Part shown: positions 10,290 to 20,512 of the stretch, in pieces
Position numbering within the stretch: the first letter of the stretch is position 1
Layout: every line of letters begins with the position of its first letter
Assembly (NCBI GenBank): GCA_029856155.1
Contig: JAHQWL010000070.1
Coordinates: forward strand, 61,368-125,367
Direction of reading: 5' to 3'
Length of the DNA stretch: 64,000 nucleotides
From: Promethearchaeia archaeon
Lineage (GTDB): Archaea; Asgardarchaeota; Lokiarchaeia; Sigyniarchaeales; SOKP01
The notes under the pieces: model-generated
Seen by the model: only the letters and a program-made list of their open reading frames with translations
Databases searched by the model: none
Told to the model about the DNA's origin: nothing
Made by a program: the position numbers and the translations under genes

Positions 10290-12770
10290 TTAAGCATGTT
10301 TCGATTTATTTGAACTACCTATCTTCTCGATTCCCTTAATCCAACTATCCAACTGCTTTAATAATTTCTGTGTATTTGGTACGCGGCTTATCTGCTCAGA
10401 ATATAGAGGATAATATAGATATAGACCATTGAGTAATTCAAGTAAAGATTTCTGGCTTTCTGTTTGACCTGATATGTCTTTTTTCAACTGAAAAAGAGAT
10501 CTTTTTTCCTTCTTAGATTTTAAGGCTTTTAAAAAGTTTTTAGTAACAATTATTCTAAAAGCGGAATATTCTTCAGGTCTAAAGTTAAATAGAGAAAAAT
10601 TCATGCTATAGTCTGCAAATGGTAAAAATAGTATTCTTTTATCCTCTGGCTCATCTGGGTTATCAATTAAAGTAAATTCAATATCTCTTTTATCAAGTTC
10701 ATCTAAAATTGGATATAATTCTCCTGGGTTGATTTTTGTAGCTTGCTCAATTTGATTTGAAATTTCAGAAATAGGAAAATTAAATTCGGGAGTTTTTTCA
10801 GGATTTTCAATTCGATAAATATATTCTTTTCTTATTATTTGCATAATTTGGCTTTCTAAATCTTCAGCAAGATTCTCTGCTGTAAAAGAAAATTGAGTTT
10901 CCTTTCTTTTTTGTTTGAAGAATTCACTATCTCTTTGTTTCTTGCTATAATCAGCTGAAAGTGATGAGATAAAACTATCTGTTGGCTGATCACCTTCTAC
11001 TGTACCTAATCTACTAGTTTTAGTTTTCTTTTCTATAGCTGTTTCGTATAACCTTTCACTCAAATATCTCCTAGCTTTCTGATGAGCAACTTCCTTTTTC
11101 TCAAAACGCTCAGTTACGGAAACAAAATCAAGCATTTTCACAGGTTTTCCTAAATCTTGCTTTTCCTCCCTTATTAGAATGTCCATGTCTTTCTTTACCA
11201 ATGTATTTAGAAGTGCATAAACATTACTTTTTGATAATTGAGTTGCTTTAATTAATTCTCGTTCAATTATTTCAATCGGATAAGCCTCGCCTCTTCGAAT
11301 GTATTCACTTCTAATAATTTTATAGACCTTGTCTAGGCTTCTCTCCTCTTCACTAACAGTTTCTTTTTGTAATCTCATAAACATTGAAGTCTCGTGAGGT
11401 TTTATATAGTAAACTAATAGTGTGGTACCTAAGAAAAAAATCATAATTACTGAGATAATGTATTTATCCCACATTAAAATTACACCCACATCAGATATTA
11501 TTTGATTTTGTATTTGATTTGCAAGAGAGAAACGTGTCAATGTTTGAGCGAAAACACAAGCTAAACAAAATAAAATTAAGCCATCTTTTTTGAAGATAAG
11601 TATACGCCAACCAAGAGTTTTCCCTAGTTTCTTTACAATTCGATATAAAAAATACATTGATATGATAAATTCGAATAGAAAGATATATGAAACAGCAGAC
11701 CCTGTTGCCCCAATTGTTGCTTTAAAAGCAGTGATTGTCTCATCTTGAAGCAACATATACATACTGATTTGTAAAATTTGAAAGAAAAAGATAAAAAAAA
11801 CAATCAAAGCAAAAGTTAAATTATCAAAAGTACCCGCTCTTTTAGTTTCAGCTCGTCGTCTAGTAGATACATATTCAAAAATGATAAAAACTAATGTCAT
11901 TACTAAACTAAAGTAAATCAAGGGCATAATTCTTGTCATTTCTAAATTATAAACTGCCACAGCACTGCTTGGATCACTACGTCCGAAAAATTCCAGAGAT
12001 AAGATTACTAAAAAACTCCTGTAAAATAATGAGATTACTACAAGCATAGCCAATATTATAAAAGGAATGATAATGGCTAAGAAATATCTTGGAATTGAAT
12101 ATTTCTTAATGAATCTGGCTTCTATTTTAGTTGAGAATTTTCTTGAATAAATATAAAACCGACTACTCAATAAGACTAACCAAATCATCGCTAGGCTTAA
12201 TAAATAGCTCATAAAGTTGAGACTTGTCCCAACATATAGAAAAAGTATAAATAAAGATAAAATAAGACCACAATAAAATATTAATTGCTTAATTGCACTG
12301 TTTTTTTCAAAAATAAAGAGCCTAAACTTATCTATACTAAGGAGAATGGATAAAATTAGAAAAAACGCCACAATTGTATTTGAAAATGCAAATGGATTAC
12401 CAAATGTTAAGATATTAATCCAAGACCCTGGAAAATTAATTGCTGTAATTAAAACTAAAGAATAAAAAATGAATATTGCATATAATCCAAAAAATTTCTT
12501 TTCAAAAGAATATGATTTTGGCTCTTGACCATTAATATACACTTCTTGATGGATAATTTTATCATAAAAACTAGATTTCATTTTAGATTTTAAAGCACCT
12601 AAATTTGCCCTTTTTCGTGAAGAAAAGTCTTTAACCTTCTTTTTTGCCCCTATTTTCCCCCGTTTTGAGGTTTTTGGTAATTTTAATACTTTAAATTTCT
12701 CTTGTTTTTTCTTGGTTTCTTCTTCAGAATCATTTGACTTTTTTGAAGAATTAGATTGCTTTCCAGACAT
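10290..12770 (-). CDS. Multi-pass membrane protein with basic N-tail and duplicated C-terminal helical (winged-helix-like) domain
   Basis: 826 aa ORF with about 11-12 TM segments; repeats KIIRSEYIRR..YPI and QIIRKEYIYR..FPI. Confidence 0.7.
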   Translation of the reverse strand: MSGKQSNSSKKSNDSEEETKKKQEKFKVLKLPKTSKRGKIGAKKKVKDFSSRKRANLGALKSKMKSSFYDKIIHQEVYINGQEPKSYSFEKKFFGLYAIFIFYSLVLITAINFPGSWINILTFGNPFAFSNTIVAFFLILSILLSIDKFRLFIFEKNSAIKQLIFYCGLILSLFILFLYVGTSLNFMSYLLSLAMIWLVLLSSRFYIYSRKFSTKIEARFIKKYSIPRYFLAIIIPFIILAMLVVISLFYRSFLVILSLEFFGRSDPSSAVAVYNLEMTRIMPLIYFSLVMTLVFIIFEYVSTRRRAETKRAGTFDNLTFALIVFFIFFFQILQISMYMLLQDETITAFKATIGATGSAVSYIFLFEFIISMYFLYRIVKKLGKTLGWRILIFKKDGLILFCLACVFAQTLTRFSLANQIQNQIISDVGVILMWDKYIISVIMIFFLGTTLLVYYIKPHETSMFMRLQKETVSEEERSLDKVYKIIRSEYIRRGEAYPIEIIERELIKATQLSKSNVYALLNTLVKKDMDILIREEKQDLGKPVKMLDFVSVTERFEKKEVAHQKARRYLSERLYETAIEKKTKTSRLGTVEGDQPTDSFISSLSADYSKKQRDSEFFKQKRKETQFSFTAENLAEDLESQIMQIIRKEYIYRIENPEKTPEFNFPISEISNQIEQATKINPGELYPILDELDKRDIEFTLIDNPDEPEDKRILFLPFADYSMNFSLFNFRPEEYSAFRIIVTKNFLKALKSKKEKRSLFQLKKDISGQTESQKSLLELLNGLYLYYPLYSEQISRVPNTQKLLKQLDSWIKGIEKIGSSNKSKHA

Positions 12771-12906
12771 TATATAAATAAATCTTTTTTATTCATATAA
12801 ACCTAATTGTAATATAAAATTGAAAACTAATGGTACTATATTTAGTAAAGTATAAGTTCTATATACAAATTTTAAAAATATTCCAATATAAATTTAAATA
12901 TAGTTA

Positions 12907-13203
12907 ATGCATTTTAGTATTGTGAAAATGGAAAGAAAAGTTGAAAACAGAGAAAGCCTTTTAAAGTTAATCAAAAAAGCTATTGAATTGCTTGCCGAGA
13001 AAAATGTATCTCAAACAGTGATTTTATCTTCTTATAAGATTAACTCCGTTTTAAAAGAAAATTACGGCATAAATATAAAAGTTGATAAAATTGGTAGAAT
13101 TCTGAGTAAAATAGCTAAGTTAAATGAATTAAAAAGGCTTAATACTAACATCCCGAAATATAAATTACAAATCTCTAAGGTTTCGAGTTTAGAATTCTTT
13201 TAA
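12907..13203 (+). CDS. Hypothetical basic protein, possibly winged-helix
   Basis: 98 aa ORF filling the gap between neighbouring genes. Confidence 0.55.
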   Translation: MHFSIVKMERKVENRESLLKLIKKAIELLAEKNVSQTVILSSYKINSVLKENYGINIKVDKIGRILSKIAKLNELKRLNTNIPKYKLQISKVSSLEFF

Positions 13204-13205
13204 GT

Positions 13206-14618
13206 TTACCTTTCACCTAAATTTCGAAACGTAGTAATTGTTTTTTGAAGTTTCTCAATTAAAACTTTTATTTCTGAGTTAAATTCTTTGAATGGTTCCA
13301 ACTCCGTGTTCATTTTTTCGATTTTGTCCTCAAGATTTGTTTGAAATGAAGTATTAGAATTTTCAAACTTTTTTTCAGTATTTTGAGCTAAAGAATTTAC
13401 TTGATTATTAGTAATTATTAATTCAGATTGAAGTTTTTTTATTAATTTTTCGATTTGTGAATTTATTTGCATAGATTCTTCAACCTTTCCAGATATAGAA
13501 CTACCTACCAGTTCCATCTCATTTTTAATATTTGATATGTAATCTTCGATGAGATTGTTTAGACTATCAATAAGAATGTTCTTAGTAGTAGAGATCTCTG
13601 TTATGAATTCTTTATTATTTTCAATTCGAGCATTAATATAATTAGATACACTTTTTTTAAACTCAGTTCCCGTTTCATTCAATGTCATATTGAACCAATT
13701 GGCAACTTTATTTATTCCAGATGATATTGCTTCCTTCATTTTATTTATTGACTTACTAATATATTCAGTTCCTTTAGAGGTTCCTAGATTTACATCTTTA
13801 ATCCAATCTCCAATTTGAGTTTTGGTAATATTTATGAACATCTCTGAGAGTTTTTCTGTTCCTTGTTGAAAACCTAAAACGATTGAGGTTAATTCAGGAT
13901 TTTCTACAATTTCCTCTTGAACTTTCTGTGTTTCTTCTGTTTTTGGAATTTCTTGTAATTCTCCGAGAGGCTGTTCAGCAAATTCATTTATTTCCTTAAT
14001 AAGAATAGGATCTTTTTTCTGAAAATCCTCTGAAAATTTTTGAACCCACTTAAAATACTCTAATGAGTTTGGAATTTCAATTTTAAATGGTACAGTATGA
14101 TATTTATCAACTTTAGTATAATCATCTAATCTATAAATTTCAAATCCAAGATTCCCATCCTTCCCCATGAGTGCATGATCAAACACTATACTAAAACCAT
14201 AAGGAAATTCTTCCTTTTGGAAATATTGTAAATTTACTACATCACTCTCACTGAGATATAAACCCCAAGAAGGGTGAGAATGGTAATAGCCTATTAAAGT
14301 AGATGAATATTTTTTACCGATCTCAGTAAACAAATCATAAGCATCTTTATCAAATCCAATTTCTGCTTTATCTCCATGAATTAGAGGAACGGCATTTTCT
14401 ACAATGACCTTTTCTTCGATATTATCATATTTTCCTATACAGATCCCCATTACTTCTATGCTTTGTTCTAATTTATCACTACCAAAACGTAGAACATGTG
14501 TTAGCATGTTTCTAAAAGCTTCCTTCTTAATAAATAAATCTCCCTTTTCAGATTTACTTGAACCTTTAAAACTTTTTTGATCCGTATTTTGATTAGATTT
14601 TTTTTCAACCATTTTCAC
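13206..14618 (-). CDS. JAB1/MPN/Mov34 (JAMM) metalloprotease with long C-terminal coiled coil
   Basis: EVMGICIG...GYYHSHPSWGLYLSESD (complete E-HxH-S-D motif); heptad-rich C-terminal half. Confidence 0.88.
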   Translation of the reverse strand: MKMVEKKSNQNTDQKSFKGSSKSEKGDLFIKKEAFRNMLTHVLRFGSDKLEQSIEVMGICIGKYDNIEEKVIVENAVPLIHGDKAEIGFDKDAYDLFTEIGKKYSSTLIGYYHSHPSWGLYLSESDVVNLQYFQKEEFPYGFSIVFDHALMGKDGNLGFEIYRLDDYTKVDKYHTVPFKIEIPNSLEYFKWVQKFSEDFQKKDPILIKEINEFAEQPLGELQEIPKTEETQKVQEEIVENPELTSIVLGFQQGTEKLSEMFINITKTQIGDWIKDVNLGTSKGTEYISKSINKMKEAISSGINKVANWFNMTLNETGTEFKKSVSNYINARIENNKEFITEISTTKNILIDSLNNLIEDYISNIKNEMELVGSSISGKVEESMQINSQIEKLIKKLQSELIITNNQVNSLAQNTEKKFENSNTSFQTNLEDKIEKMNTELEPFKEFNSEIKVLIEKLQKTITTFRNLGER

Positions 14619-16097
14619 TCAACCCTCTCCTTTTTCTAACTTTTTTATCGTTGCTAATAAATCTTGCTTTTCTTTTCTTAAATCTGTGAGATCTTTTTGA
14701 AGTGCCCTGATTTCAACTTTTTGTGTATCAATTTTGTTTTGTAATGGTGTTTTTGAGCTCTCTAATAATATTATAGCAGCTTTTAGATCTGATAGAAAGC
14801 TCTTAGATTCTCTATTTAAATTGATAAAATTCCCTATAATTTTATTAACATTTTTTGTAAATATTCCAGATATATCTTCTATGACATTGTCAAATTTTTC
14901 TGGGATTATGTTTTCTATTGAATTGAGGGTTTTAGATAAATTTTTTATATTATCACTTTGCCCAACCAAACTTTTAGAAGATTCTAGAACTAAATTATTT
15001 ATCGTAGTTAATTTATCTTTTTGGTTATTAAATTGATTTATAATATTATTGACATTTTCCTTTAATTTTTCTTCAACCATAGATTTAAATTGTTCATTAA
15101 GTTCAGTCTTGATATTATCAAATAGATCTTTAAAGTGTTTTTGATCAGAATCAAATTCTTCAAATTTATCATCAATGTACATGTCCAATTCATTTAATTT
15201 TTCCTTTAAAGAAAATTTAAAATTTTTTTGAAGATTAGAAATACCCTCGCTTAACTTGTCTTTGATTGTAATCACATCTTTTCTTATTTGCAGATTATTC
15301 TTAACAGTAGTATTTATTAAATTTTCACTCCAAGAATTAAGAAATTTGATAAATGGTACAGTAACAACTTCTAATAACTTTGTAAATTCTATATTGAGTT
15401 CAGATAAGATCTTTGCAGAATCCAATTCTGGTTTCTTTGCAAAAATTTGATTTTCACTTGGAAATGCAATATCTCCAAAAAAATCGGGCATTTCATTAAT
15501 TTCTAGTATGGGCGGTTCTTTTGAATGAACACTATTTATTAAATCGATTAATTTTACATAAAATTCAATACTATCAGGAGGTATTACAGTTGCTTTTACC
15601 TCGTGATAACCTGACATTTGACCCTTAGCAGGATTATCTAATCGAAATGTACGAAATCCTAAATCTCCCGGTTTTTCTAAATAAACATGGTCAAAAACAA
15701 TTCCTATTGCGCTAGGGTTTGGAGTCTGCCAACCAAGTTGATTACGTATATCTGTTGAAGAAAAGAAAATATCCAATCCTGGGTGAGAATGGTACCACCC
15801 ACAACTAAACCAGTTTTTTTCAGCATAAGCAGCATCAACCATAGAAAATGTGACATAATCTTCTGGGGCAAACGCAACTTCTATTGCACCACCATGTGAA
15901 ATAGGAACAACATCTTCAATTATAACATCTCTAATTCCCTTCTTATCAGGTTCACCTTCACCTAAGGACCCTATAAGCATTCCCATTACTTCACGGTACT
16001 GCCTTTTATCTCTTTCTTTATTTCCAAAACGAAGGACATGTAGTAGCATTTTATAATAAGCTTCTGGTTTAATAATAACAGTTTTTTCAGAAGTCAT
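14619..16097 (-). CDS. JAMM metalloprotease (Rpn11/CSN5-like) with long C-terminal coiled coil
   Basis: AYYKMLLH, EVMGMLIG, GWYHSHPGLDIFFSSTD; its stop abuts the start of the next gene. Confidence 0.9.
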   Translation of the reverse strand: MTSEKTVIIKPEAYYKMLLHVLRFGNKERDKRQYREVMGMLIGSLGEGEPDKKGIRDVIIEDVVPISHGGAIEVAFAPEDYVTFSMVDAAYAEKNWFSCGWYHSHPGLDIFFSSTDIRNQLGWQTPNPSAIGIVFDHVYLEKPGDLGFRTFRLDNPAKGQMSGYHEVKATVIPPDSIEFYVKLIDLINSVHSKEPPILEINEMPDFFGDIAFPSENQIFAKKPELDSAKILSELNIEFTKLLEVVTVPFIKFLNSWSENLINTTVKNNLQIRKDVITIKDKLSEGISNLQKNFKFSLKEKLNELDMYIDDKFEEFDSDQKHFKDLFDNIKTELNEQFKSMVEEKLKENVNNIINQFNNQKDKLTTINNLVLESSKSLVGQSDNIKNLSKTLNSIENIIPEKFDNVIEDISGIFTKNVNKIIGNFINLNRESKSFLSDLKAAIILLESSKTPLQNKIDTQKVEIRALQKDLTDLRKEKQDLLATIKKLEKGEG

Positions 16098-16323
16098 TGT
16101 TCATCACGTTTTATGTTTTAGATTTAGTTTGTTAATGATCTATATATAGTTTAATTTGTTTTAAATATTTGAATAAAAAATTGAAAATTAAAACTGAACT
16201 TTTAATTTATTCTGTATTTTGTTTTCTTTTTCAGAGTAAACTCTAATTCTCTTTCCTTATTCTCTTATCATTATTAAATCAAATAAAAAATAAAAGCAGA
16301 ATTAAATGTAATTTACTAAATCA

Positions 16324-16980
16324 TTAATCATGAGGTAATGGCTTACCACAGAAAGGACAGAATCGGAAATCTAAATCTTTACCACAATGTGGACAAAAAG
16401 AACCCTCTGTTCCTACTGGTGCTTTTTCCTCAACACCTTCTTTTGGTATTGAAGGTAACTGTCTTTTAGTTTTAAGAGTTATAGCAGATGAGGCAGCACT
16501 AGGAGTTACTTCTTGTCTTGCCTTCACTCTTTCCTTAAAAGCTTGTCTTCGTTCTTCCTCAAGTTCTTCTTGTGTTTTAGTACCTTCTGTTTTTACCCAT
16601 CCTTGAACTTTGGGTCTTTTTAATTCACTTTCGGGAACCCTTTCCAATTCTACTTCTTTAGTTTCTGAAATTGGAGCAACTAATTTTCTCTCATCCTTCT
16701 TCTGTAGGGCTTGTTTTACAAGAGCTTGAGTTGTTTTCATTACTTGATGGGGATTAATATTAGGAATCGCTACAGTTCTAAGAACCCAACCTACAATAAG
16801 ATTTTGATTTGGAAAATCGCCTTCGACATCTTCATCTTTAAAAACATAAGAATCAATAATATCTTTTCCTTTTAACATGCGAACAGCCCATTTCTCATTA
16901 ATTAAACCTAATTGTAGTCTGTAAGATGTTCCAGGTACGCCAAGCTGGCTCGTTAATGGTTCGAATCCTCTCTCTGTCAC
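16324..16980 (-). CDS. Hypothetical protein with C-terminal double-CxxC zinc ribbon
   Basis: GTG start; C-terminal CPHCGKDLDFRFCPFCG; low-complexity linker containing KRQLPSIP. Confidence 0.75.
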   Translation of the reverse strand: MTERGFEPLTSQLGVPGTSYRLQLGLINEKWAVRMLKGKDIIDSYVFKDEDVEGDFPNQNLIVGWVLRTVAIPNINPHQVMKTTQALVKQALQKKDERKLVAPISETKEVELERVPESELKRPKVQGWVKTEGTKTQEELEEERRQAFKERVKARQEVTPSAASSAITLKTKRQLPSIPKEGVEEKAPVGTEGSFCPHCGKDLDFRFCPFCGKPLPHD

Positions 16981-17189
16981 TTCAAATCACTTTTTTTCCA
17001 TAAATTATATGATTTCAGTAATATAATAATGATAAATTTTGAATTTATATTATTTTTTATTTATAGTAAAAATTGGTTTTAAAGATAAAAATTTTTTTCG
17101 GATAAATTAGAGATTAAAAACACATAAATACAAAAAATTGTATTAATTTGTAAAAAGCATCCTTAAAAAAAATGTAAAGTGTTTTTAAC

Positions 17190-18140
17190 ATGGTCGTTAT
17201 AATCCCAAAGAAAGAATATTTAACTTTTGTCGCTGCTGCTGTTAGATACGCTAATGCACGTATTCCTAAGGATGATTGGTTAGAAGTTAGTGGGGTTTTT
17301 ATAGGTAAAAATGAGGGTGATAATGTCAGAATTACCACTACTTATCCAATCATGCACCAAGAGTTAGATAAAGATGCTGTAATTGATCAATATAAATGGT
17401 CTGATGAAGATTATATTGCTCTTAGTATAATTGATGACGAAGCATTTTCAGAAGGAGAATTTACAGTAGGATGGTGGCATTCACATCCGGGATTTAAGGT
17501 AATGATGTCTCATATTGATATCCGAACAACCCTATCTTATCAGCAAAATAATCCTTTAGCTATTTCACTTGTATTTAACCCTACGAGATTAATACGTCAA
17601 ATTGAAGTAGCTAACAAGAAAGGAGATCCCGATAAACAGTTAAAAAATGATCCTGGTTTTAAAATTTATCGGTTAGATGATACAAATCAAGGATTAGAAG
17701 CATCTTATCACACTGTAGAGTATATAATAGAAGGGTATGAAAGTATGGAGCAGTTAATTACTCAAACTCAGAAATTTATTGTTGATGTAACTATTTTTTT
17801 CCCAAAGGATAATGTTCCGCAAACTTATGAAAAATTCGTTGACGATCGAATAACTCAACTGAATTCAATATTCCTTGGTACTGAAGAATATTTAACTACA
17901 TTGACCAATCGTGGTGAAAAACAAAGGATCCCAGAAGTTTTAGAAAATCAAAGCAAAGAAATTAGGAAATTTGTAGCTGAAACTATTATTAAGATAGAAA
18001 ATGTTAAGGAATTCATGAATTATTTAGAATATAAAGAAAGAGAAACAATAATTCCACAAATCAAGACTATAATAAACAAGTGGGATGAACAGGTTGCTGA
18101 ATTAGATAAGAAAATAAAACAACTGAAGAAGAAATTTTAA
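17190..18140 (+). CDS. JAMM metalloprotease with helical C-terminal domain
   Basis: LEVSGVFIG...GWWHSHPGFKVMMSHID. Confidence 0.88.
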   Translation: MVVIIPKKEYLTFVAAAVRYANARIPKDDWLEVSGVFIGKNEGDNVRITTTYPIMHQELDKDAVIDQYKWSDEDYIALSIIDDEAFSEGEFTVGWWHSHPGFKVMMSHIDIRTTLSYQQNNPLAISLVFNPTRLIRQIEVANKKGDPDKQLKNDPGFKIYRLDDTNQGLEASYHTVEYIIEGYESMEQLITQTQKFIVDVTIFFPKDNVPQTYEKFVDDRITQLNSIFLGTEEYLTTLTNRGEKQRIPEVLENQSKEIRKFVAETIIKIENVKEFMNYLEYKERETIIPQIKTIINKWDEQVAELDKKIKQLKKKF

Positions 18141-18264
18141 CTCTAATAATTTTCATCTTATTTTTAGTTTTGATAAATTTTTATTTGATTACGCTTTTTC
18201 TTGATTAACTACACGATTATTTTAAAAAAAAATATCAGAGAAATTTTAGTATATAGTCATTATC

Positions 18265-20469
18265 ATGAGAAAAATTAATTTTCCTTTTACAGCGATTCTT
18301 GGTCAAGAGAAAATGAAAATGGGGTTAATCTTGAACGTAATTGACCCTCAAATAGGTGGGATCTTGTTAACTGGCCAACAAGGTACTGGAAAAAGTACCG
18401 CTGTAAGATCTCTCGTAGAACTGATGCCTCAAATTGAAATTGTTGCGGGTTGTGAATTTTCATGTGACCCTAATTCAGATATTGATGATTTATGCCAAAA
18501 TTGTATAGGAAAAAAGGAAAATGAGCAAATAGTCGCAGAATTGCGTGATATGTGGCTTGTAAATCTACCTTTAGGAGTCACAGAAGATATGGTTTGTGGA
18601 AGTCTATCAATAGATAAGGTATTAACTGAGGGAATAAGAGCTTTACACCCTGGATTACTCGCGAAAGCAAATAGAGGTATTTTATATGTAGATGAAATTA
18701 ATTTACTCCAAGATCATATAGTTGATGTTCTTTTAGATTCTGCAGCGTCAGGGGTAAATATCATAGAAAGAGAAGGAATCTCTATATCTCATCCTTCAAG
18801 ATTCGTTCTGGTTGGTTCAATGAATCCAGAAGAAGGTGATTTAAGGCCACAAATAGCAGATCGCTTAGGATTAGAAGTTAGAATTAAAGCCCCTAGAGAC
18901 TCAGAATTAAGAGCAGAAATAACTAAAAGGGTTATAGAATTTGATGATCATCCAAAAGAATTTATTAAAAATTTTGAAGATGAACAAGAAAAATTAAGAC
19001 AACAAATCCTTAATGCTCGTGATATTTTAAAGGAAGTTCAAATCCCTAGTTCTGTATATGAATTTGTATCTAAAATTGTAAATGAGTTAGAAATCTTTTC
19101 TCAAAGAGCAGATATTACGTTTATTCGATGTGCGAGAGCTCATGCTGCTTTAAATGGTAGAAAGGATATAGTTGAAGAAGATCTTAATGTAGCTATGGAT
19201 CTAGTATTCGAACATAGAATTCAATCACTTCATTATGAAATGACACCGATAGAAATAAAAGCAAAAATAGCTGAAGTATATGGCAAAATAAGAGAGGCTT
19301 ATGAAAATACAAAAGTACTCCAACCTAATAGAGAAACAGAAGGCCCTTTAAAGCATTCAGATGAACATCAAAAAGAGTTCAAACGTCAATCTGTTGATCC
19401 AGATAAAGTTGATATTCCTGAGACAAGAGAACAAAAACTACCCCCGCCAAAATATCCCGATGATAAAAGAAGAAATCCTAAACCAGCGGGAGGGTGGAAG
19501 GTAAAAAATATTCCTCATATTGATGATCTTAAATTTTTCCAAGCTAAAAATGGAACGATACCTTTTATCTATAAAATGGAAAAAAAAATGACTTCAATTC
19601 TAGATAGTATTAGAAAAGACAGGAAAATTACGGATTATGGTGGAAGAGGAATAGGGCGTCGGATTAAAATATCTTCTTCTCAAAAAGGGAGGTATGTATC
19701 ATACAGGACACCTATTCGTGAAGAACCAAGAAGTATCGCTTTAGACGCCACAATTAGGAATTATTTAAAAAATGTTGAGTATAATGAAACTGTAATAGAT
19801 TTTCCTATACACTTTAATAAGTATGATCTGATGGATAAAATCTATGAATATCGGGCCCCTTTGGTTATGTTTTTCGTATTAGATAGTTCAGCCTCGATGT
19901 ACTACGTAATAAAACAAATGACCGATGTAATATTATCTCTACACCAAGAAGGATACAGAAAGAGAGATAAAATAGCTCTAATTATATTTCGAGGTAAGGA
20001 TGCTGTTGTTTTACAAAAACCTACAGTAAATTTTAAGATGGCGGTAAATAAATTGAAAAAAATAGAAGGAAAGTCTTATACGCCTATGGCTGCGGCATTG
20101 AAAAAGGTTTCAGAACTTATTAGAATTGAGCAACTAAAAAATCGGCAATCAGTTCCAGTAGCTTTCATTTTATCTGATTGTGGTGCTAATATCTCCGTTA
20201 AATATCCGGATTTAATTGCCCAAATCGAAACGGATTATACTTTAATTACGCATGAATTAAAAGAATTAACAAAAAAATTATCAAAACAAAAAATACATAT
20301 GGTAGTTCTGGAACCAAGAAAATCTTATGCAACACACGCTCTTGGAGTACACACATATTCGGCAGATAAAATTAAAAGGAATTTTAAAAAATATGGGAAT
20401 GCTGAAATTTTTAAATTTAATAAGTATGATCCTAAATCCTTAATCTTAGAATTGAAAAAAATGCTATAA
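18265..20469 (+). CDS. ChlI/ChlD (Mg/Co-chelatase-like) AAA+ ATPase with C-terminal VWA domain
   Basis: FPFTAILGQE, GQQGTGKS, LYVDEINLL, MNPEEG, Pro-rich linker, MIDAS DSSAS. Confidence 0.9.
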   Translation: MRKINFPFTAILGQEKMKMGLILNVIDPQIGGILLTGQQGTGKSTAVRSLVELMPQIEIVAGCEFSCDPNSDIDDLCQNCIGKKENEQIVAELRDMWLVNLPLGVTEDMVCGSLSIDKVLTEGIRALHPGLLAKANRGILYVDEINLLQDHIVDVLLDSAASGVNIIEREGISISHPSRFVLVGSMNPEEGDLRPQIADRLGLEVRIKAPRDSELRAEITKRVIEFDDHPKEFIKNFEDEQEKLRQQILNARDILKEVQIPSSVYEFVSKIVNELEIFSQRADITFIRCARAHAALNGRKDIVEEDLNVAMDLVFEHRIQSLHYEMTPIEIKAKIAEVYGKIREAYENTKVLQPNRETEGPLKHSDEHQKEFKRQSVDPDKVDIPETREQKLPPPKYPDDKRRNPKPAGGWKVKNIPHIDDLKFFQAKNGTIPFIYKMEKKMTSILDSIRKDRKITDYGGRGIGRRIKISSSQKGRYVSYRTPIREEPRSIALDATIRNYLKNVEYNETVIDFPIHFNKYDLMDKIYEYRAPLVMFFVLDSSASMYYVIKQMTDVILSLHQEGYRKRDKIALIIFRGKDAVVLQKPTVNFKMAVNKLKKIEGKSYTPMAAALKKVSELIRIEQLKNRQSVPVAFILSDCGANISVKYPDLIAQIETDYTLITHELKELTKKLSKQKIHMVVLEPRKSYATHALGVHTYSADKIKRNFKKYGNAEIFKFNKYDPKSLILELKKML

Positions 20470-20512
20470 TTATTAAAAATTGCTTTAATGTTTCATTTTT
20501 ATTTATTATATA

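Noticed and set aside
18265-20469. Chlorophyll-type magnesium chelatase function
   Set aside because: No ChlH/CobN or tetrapyrrole genes nearby; only the AAA+/VWA family assignment is supported
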